Below, piece by piece: positions 59,458 through 64,000 of a DNA stretch of 64,000 nucleotides. The notes below the pieces were generated by a model. The model saw only the letters and a program-made list of their open reading frames with translations. It made no database searches and was not told where the DNA came from. The DNA comes from Candidatus Bathyarchaeia archaeon (lineage in GTDB: Archaea > Thermoproteota > Bathyarchaeia > Bathyarchaeales > Bathycorpusculaceae). Position numbers and translations under genes: made by a program. Numbering within the stretch: position 1 is the first letter of the stretch; every line of letters starts with the position of its first letter. The stretch lies in the NCBI GenBank assembly GCA_038883795.1, contig JAVZLK010000001.1, forward strand, positions 64,001-128,000, written 5' to 3'.

Positions 59458-60328
59458 AATAGCATGTTTTGTTGAAAGATACAATTTTTCCGATCCGAAA
59501 GAGGCAATGGCACTCCAGAATTTCAGAAGAACAGCGGAGAAAATGGGTCACACCTTTAACTTCTTATTTAGGGAACACTTACAAGAAATTCCGACATATG
59601 ATGCAGTTTTTATCAGAGCTACAACCGATCCGCTTTACACTGCATATATAGTTTCGAAAATGGCTTGGGAGATGGGATTAAATGTGGTTGATGATCCAAA
59701 GTCCATACAAATCTGCGGAAACAAAATTCACTTATACTCTCTTTTCAAAAAATATAACGTTCCACATATCCCAACAATTTTCTTAAACAAGGATGAGTTT
59801 CATCACAAACGTATAATGGAAATTTTCAAAACTTTCGGAAGACCAGTTGTAGTGAAGGCACCATACACAAGTTTTTCGAGGTATGTGGAGAAAGCGGCTT
59901 GCGAAACAAGTTTCCGAGAAGTTGCAAAGAGATTTTTCAGAAGATCCGATGTTTTGGCTGTTCAAGAGTTTATGCCAACCGCCTTTGACTGGAGAGTGGG
60001 AGTCTTAAACGGTGAAGTCTTGTATGTCTGTAAGTATATGGTGCCGAAGGGCAGATGGAAACACGGCGCAAAAAGAAGAGGCAAACCAAGCTTTGTTTGG
60101 GGCAGAACCGTGACGCTGAAAAGAGAGAACGCCCCCGCTAAGTTGAAAGAAACAGCTTTGAAAGCGTGCAGTGTTGTTGGGCATGGGCTTTATGGAGTTG
60201 ACATTAAAGAAGTTAATGGCAATTATGTAGTTGTTGAAGTTAACGACAACCCAAGCATTTATGCGGGCAACGAAGACCTAAGAAACAAGGATGTATATGA
60301 AAAAATCATAGCCTACCTAGTTAACTAG
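59450..60328 (+). CDS. RimK-family ATP-grasp ligase
   Basis: FIRATT, CGNK, PVVVKAP, QEFMPTAFDWRVGV, YGVDIK, EVNDNP. Confidence 0.9.
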   Translation: MSRIACFVERYNFSDPKEAMALQNFRRTAEKMGHTFNFLFREHLQEIPTYDAVFIRATTDPLYTAYIVSKMAWEMGLNVVDDPKSIQICGNKIHLYSLFKKYNVPHIPTIFLNKDEFHHKRIMEIFKTFGRPVVVKAPYTSFSRYVEKAACETSFREVAKRFFRRSDVLAVQEFMPTAFDWRVGVLNGEVLYVCKYMVPKGRWKHGAKRRGKPSFVWGRTVTLKRENAPAKLKETALKACSVVGHGLYGVDIKEVNGNYVVVEVNDNPSIYAGNEDLRNKDVYEKIIAYLVN

Positions 60329-60367
60329 TTCGACAGTTATTTATCTTTTACATTACAATCTAGCTGA

Positions 60368-61330
60368 ATGGGGACGAAAGCGATGTTAGAGAAAATTGAG
60401 GATTATAATCTCTTTGATGGTATGTCTGTTAATGACCTTGTTTTGCAGATGGAAAAGGCTTGGGGTTTCACTGCTGGAAAATTGGCTGTAGGCGTTAATA
60501 TTTTAGAAAGGATGGTTAATGATAGCGCATGCGTAAAGTTTCTTTCTTTTACTGGAAATCTTGTGGCTACAGGAACCAGAGGTGCCTTAAGAGAACTAGT
60601 GAAACGAAAGCTTATTGAAATCATAATCACAACTTGCGGAACCCTCGACCACGATATTGCTAGATGCTGGAAAAACTATTATAAGGGTTCATTCTTCATG
60701 GATGACGCCGAACTTCGCAAGAAAAAAATAAACCGTTTGGGAAACGTTCTGGTTCCAAACGAGAGTTATGGAATAATAATTGAAAAGAAAATGCAAGAAC
60801 TTCTCCAAACTTTATGGAATGAAGGCATCAAAGAATTATCAACAAGTCGACTATGTCTTGAAATTGGGAAACGCATATGCAACGAAACCTCCATTCTTTA
60901 TTGGGCAGCTAAAAATAACATACCAGTCTATGTGCCCGGCATAACGGACGGTGCGGTTGGCTATCAGCTTTGGCTTTTTTCGCAAGAGCATGACTTAAAA
61001 ATTGATTTGTTGAAGGATTCAGGCGAACTTAGCGACACTATTTTTACGGCAAAGAAAACAGGAGCATTAATTGTTGGTGGCGGAATTTCAAAGCATCACA
61101 CGCTTTGGTGGAATCAATTCAGAGAAGGATTAGATTATGCGGTTTATGTTTGCACAGCTGATGAGTGGGATGGAAGCCTATCAGGCGCAAGACCAAGAGA
61201 AGCAGTTTCATGGGGTAAGATAAGCCAGAAAGCGGACACTGTTATGGTTGAAGGTGACGCTTCGCTGATTCTTCCAATCATGGTGTGTTCGTTAATAATG
61301 AGGCTTCAGCCTCTTAAGAAACATCTTTGA
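60368..61330 (+). CDS. dys: Deoxyhypusine synthase (canonical archaeal type)
   Basis: TTCGTLDHD, RLGNV, GGGISKHH, DGSLSGA..EAVSWGK. Confidence 0.92.
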   Translation: MGTKAMLEKIEDYNLFDGMSVNDLVLQMEKAWGFTAGKLAVGVNILERMVNDSACVKFLSFTGNLVATGTRGALRELVKRKLIEIIITTCGTLDHDIARCWKNYYKGSFFMDDAELRKKKINRLGNVLVPNESYGIIIEKKMQELLQTLWNEGIKELSTSRLCLEIGKRICNETSILYWAAKNNIPVYVPGITDGAVGYQLWLFSQEHDLKIDLLKDSGELSDTIFTAKKTGALIVGGGISKHHTLWWNQFREGLDYAVYVCTADEWDGSLSGARPREAVSWGKISQKADTVMVEGDASLILPIMVCSLIMRLQPLKKHL

Positions 61331-62375
61331 AAAGCCATGTAAGGTCTGGAGCCTTTCTTTTGATTTTCACTCTTTCGTTGAGGGCATGGGTTATAAGCGG
61401 CAAAGCAATGGTGGCATCGCAATAAACAGTCACTCTTTTTCCTTGACTGTGGATTTTGCCCCAGCTTATGGCTTCTTCCAAGGTGCAGCCTGACAGCCCA
61501 CCCCACTGGGGAGAGTCTGTGGTTATTTGGATGGCATATTTGTGGGGGTAATAGTATTCTTTTACGCTTTTGCGCATGAAGCCTTCTCTTCCGGGCACGC
61601 CTTTGTCCATTGTTTTTGTTGAGACTGATATGGCTATGAGTTGTGTGAAGTCTTTCGGTACGCCTCCTCCTATGTAGATGACGCCTATGTCTTTTGTTTT
61701 TTCGCCTATGCCAACGAATTGGTCGAATTCTTTTACTTGGTCTAATAGAATAGTGTGGCCTCGGTTTTTCGCCATTAGGAAGGCTTCTCCGTAGGCGCTG
61801 TCTGATATTGCTGGACAAAATATTGGAACATTATTTTCTGCGGCTACGGCGGCTATGCTTTTTATTCCTTTTTTGCTTAGCCACTTTCCAAAGAGGTAGA
61901 GCAGTTCCATTGATGAGTATGCAAAGTCTGTTTTTAGTGTTAACATGAATTCGGTCATGAGTTCTTCCATCTGCCTATAATCTGATTCTTTTCCGTAGAC
62001 ATCGTAGTATCTGTTAATGTCAGCTTTAACGAGGGCAGCATCATTAACGTATGGTGTGCCTTGCCAATAACCAAGGCCCATGGCATCCACTATGTCTTCT
62101 GAAACATTGGCTCCTGTTGAGACTAGGACGTCTATGAAGCGGTTTTCTATAAGCCAGTTAACAATTTTCCACTGCCCAGCCGTGCTCATGGAACCAGCAA
62201 AGCCCATGATTATGGTTAAGTCTTTTTCTTTAATCATGGCTTCCCAAACTTCAACAGCCTCTCCAAGTTTTCTGCCTTGGTAGGCGGTTTTGCTCATTTC
62301 CGCCAAAAGTTCGGAAATTTTCTTTTCTCTAACTTCGATGGCTTCAACCTTTCTTTCAAAGTATGAGCTTGACAT
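61314..62375 (-). CDS. Second deoxyhypusine synthase-family protein (homospermidine synthase-like?)
   Basis: STGAN, GGGVPKDF, WGGLSGCTLEEAISWGK, DATIALP. Confidence 0.88.
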   Translation of the reverse strand: MSSSYFERKVEAIEVREKKISELLAEMSKTAYQGRKLGEAVEVWEAMIKEKDLTIIMGFAGSMSTAGQWKIVNWLIENRFIDVLVSTGANVSEDIVDAMGLGYWQGTPYVNDAALVKADINRYYDVYGKESDYRQMEELMTEFMLTLKTDFAYSSMELLYLFGKWLSKKGIKSIAAVAAENNVPIFCPAISDSAYGEAFLMAKNRGHTILLDQVKEFDQFVGIGEKTKDIGVIYIGGGVPKDFTQLIAISVSTKTMDKGVPGREGFMRKSVKEYYYPHKYAIQITTDSPQWGGLSGCTLEEAISWGKIHSQGKRVTVYCDATIALPLITHALNERVKIKRKAPDLTWLFKDVS

Positions 62376-62438
62376 ATTAGGTCTCCCTTTTAGGATTAAA
62401 AAAGCAGTATAAGAAATTTTTGTAAACTATTCTCTAAA

Positions 62439-63221
62439 TTAAGTGTAGAAAATGTCCGGTTTTTTTCTCAAGTATTCTACGTACAAGTTGATTAATTCTT
62501 TTAGCTTAACCAGTTTAAGGGTTGCTTTTCCAACTTTAACTGTTTTCATTATTTCATGTTTTAGGCATGGTTTCTCTAATTTTGCAAAATTTGGATATGG
62601 TCCCACATCCCATTCCCACTCATTTTCTGGATATTTTTCTACGAACCATTTCGGCGGAGTTATCTTTTCCAGTATATGTTTTGGAAGTTGAACCATGTTT
62701 TCTGCAAGGTGCATGGCGGTGCAGATTTCCAAGCCTACGCCTATCAAGAGGATGTAGCCGTCAAGTTCGTACACTACTTTCCACCCATCTAGGCTCCTTC
62801 CATCGCCAGCGCTTGTTATTTCTTTAGCCTTTGGACCTATGGCTGCTATTGACAAACTTGGATGCTGACTCCTTATTACGCCTTTGCGTTTTCTGAAAGT
62901 TTCGGGTATTATTCCTGTCGTGCATGGGGTTTCTTTTTGGTTGTATGGCAAGATTTTGAAAAGCCATGAAACTCCCGCAGCTTTTTCTTCAAGTGATAGT
63001 TCAACTTTTTCTAGATTGCTTGAGTGGGTTGGCATGACGATGGTTCCTCCTTTTCCAACAACTTCTAATAAAGCATCAATGACTGTGTCAGCTCCTCCTT
63101 CAACATACCCAAAACTGCTTAGGGAACCGTGAACGCCTACAATGTCTCCTTTCTTTAATCCAAGCTTCTTTAAACCAGCCTTAATGTCTTCTTTAGATAT
63201 CCGTTTCAAAGGTTTTACCAT
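62439..63221 (-). CDS. AAC(3)/YokD-family N-acetyltransferase
   Basis: HGSLSSFGYVEGG, GTIVMPT, GIIPETFR, RSQHP, TAMHLAE. Confidence 0.9.
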   Translation of the reverse strand: MVKPLKRISKEDIKAGLKKLGLKKGDIVGVHGSLSSFGYVEGGADTVIDALLEVVGKGGTIVMPTHSSNLEKVELSLEEKAAGVSWLFKILPYNQKETPCTTGIIPETFRKRKGVIRSQHPSLSIAAIGPKAKEITSAGDGRSLDGWKVVYELDGYILLIGVGLEICTAMHLAENMVQLPKHILEKITPPKWFVEKYPENEWEWDVGPYPNFAKLEKPCLKHEIMKTVKVGKATLKLVKLKELINLYVEYLRKKPDIFYT

Positions 63222-63337
63222 CCATTAATTGAAAGCGTATGCAAAATTATACTTTACGAATAAGCTGGAACTAACGTTGAGAAACTGCTAAATGCATGCA
63301 CTTCTAGTTTAAAGCGGGTGGATGATGCAGTTTGAAG

Positions 63338-64000
63338 ATGTCAAGGGAAGAATTGGCTAAAATGATTGATTCAACCAACGTGAGGGCCACAGCGACAAAA
63401 AAGGAAATTGAAAAGCTCTGCAAAGAAGCAGTCAAATATGGCTTTAGATGTGCAGTTGTTAACCCCTATCACATAAAGTTTGCAGCCAAACTGCTGAAAG
63501 GTTCAGATGTTAAAGTTTGCTCTACTGTTGGTTTTCCCTTCGGCGTTTCACTACCAGAGATAAAGGCTTTAGAGGCTGTTAAGGCTGTAGAGGACGGCGC
63601 AGAAGAATTGGACATGGTTATAAATTTAAGCGCCTTAAAGTCTGGCGATTACGATTTTGTGAAAAAAGATATAATGGCTGTTTTAGATGTTAAACGATTA
63701 TCTAACGAAATAATCGTGAAAGTAATCATCGAAACCGCATATCTAACAAGAGATGAGAAAATAACTGCCTGCAAACTTGTCAAGGAAACAGGAGCAGATT
63801 TTGTCAAAACCTCAACGGGCTTGTTTGGAAAAGGAGCAACAATAGAAGATGTGCGACTGATGCGGCAGACCGTAGGCAAGGACATGGGTGTTAAAGCTGC
63901 TGGTGGCATAAGAACATACGCTGACGCAATAGCCTTCATCGAAGCTGGGGCAAACCGCATAGGAACAAGCACAGCGACAACAATAATTAAAGATGCACCA
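63338..64000 (+). CDS. deoC: Deoxyribose-phosphate aldolase (3' partial; absent from the ORF track)
   Basis: Manual translation: LAKMIDST, VGFPFG, ELDMVIN, KVIIET, FVKTSTG, VKAAGGIR, RIGTS. Confidence 0.95.
   Translation, partial: MSREELAKMIDSTNVRATATKKEIEKLCKEAVKYGFRCAVVNPYHIKFAAKLLKGSDVKVCSTVGFPFGVSLPEIKALEAVKAVEDGAEELDMVINLSALKSGDYDFVKKDIMAVLDVKRLSNEIIVKVIIETAYLTRDEKITACKLVKETGADFVKTSTGLFGKGATIEDVRLMRQTVGKDMGVKAAGGIRTYADAIAFIEAGANRIGTSTATTIIKDAP

Noticed and set aside
61306-61818. 170-aa Arg/His-rich ORF
   Set aside because: Off-frame shadow of the DHS-like gene, produced by A/C-rich codons.
56850-63221. Integrated element at the tRNA-Arg (or tRNA-Val) 3' end
   Set aside because: No integrase and no duplicated tRNA 3' end found by eye; core genes (dys, deoC) follow.
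62439-63221. Aminoglycoside resistance gene
   Set aside because: The AAC(3)/YokD fold is widespread with other substrates, and there is no mobile context.
63649-63972. 107-aa minus-strand ORF
   Set aside because: Antisense shadow of deoC.
1-64000. CRISPR arrays, IS elements, rRNA, defence systems
   Set aside because: No spaced direct repeats, transposases, rRNA-like tracts or recognisable defence genes seen.

Overview
Gene-dense archaeal chromosome segment. TACK-type gene order, intron-containing tRNAs and AT-rich coding suggest Bathyarchaeia (inference, not verified). It holds four regions. (1) Housekeeping genes: ilvE, thrS, nac, mbf1-hflX-trm56-tfe, hel308, purB, fbp, deoC. (2) Two BHB-intron tRNAs: Val-TAC with a 25/26 intron, and Arg-CCG with 29/30 and 37/38 introns. 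(3) A ~20 kb surface-glycan cluster (13.6-33.7 kb). (4) Several poorly explained modules. The most notable are an Fe-S operon pairing an IscS-like protein with a degenerate active site, IscU, an intact SufS and a small Cys protein; a probable ribophorin I (OST1)-like membrane protein; a TrmB/coiled-coil/VWA/CbbQ-type AAA+ module; and a GCS2/RLAN/RimK ligase locus beside two deoxyhypusine synthase paralogues. Two genes appear to use non-canonical start codons (ACG, CTG). No CRISPR array, transposase, integrase or rRNA was seen. All family calls come from motif recognition by eye, not database searches.
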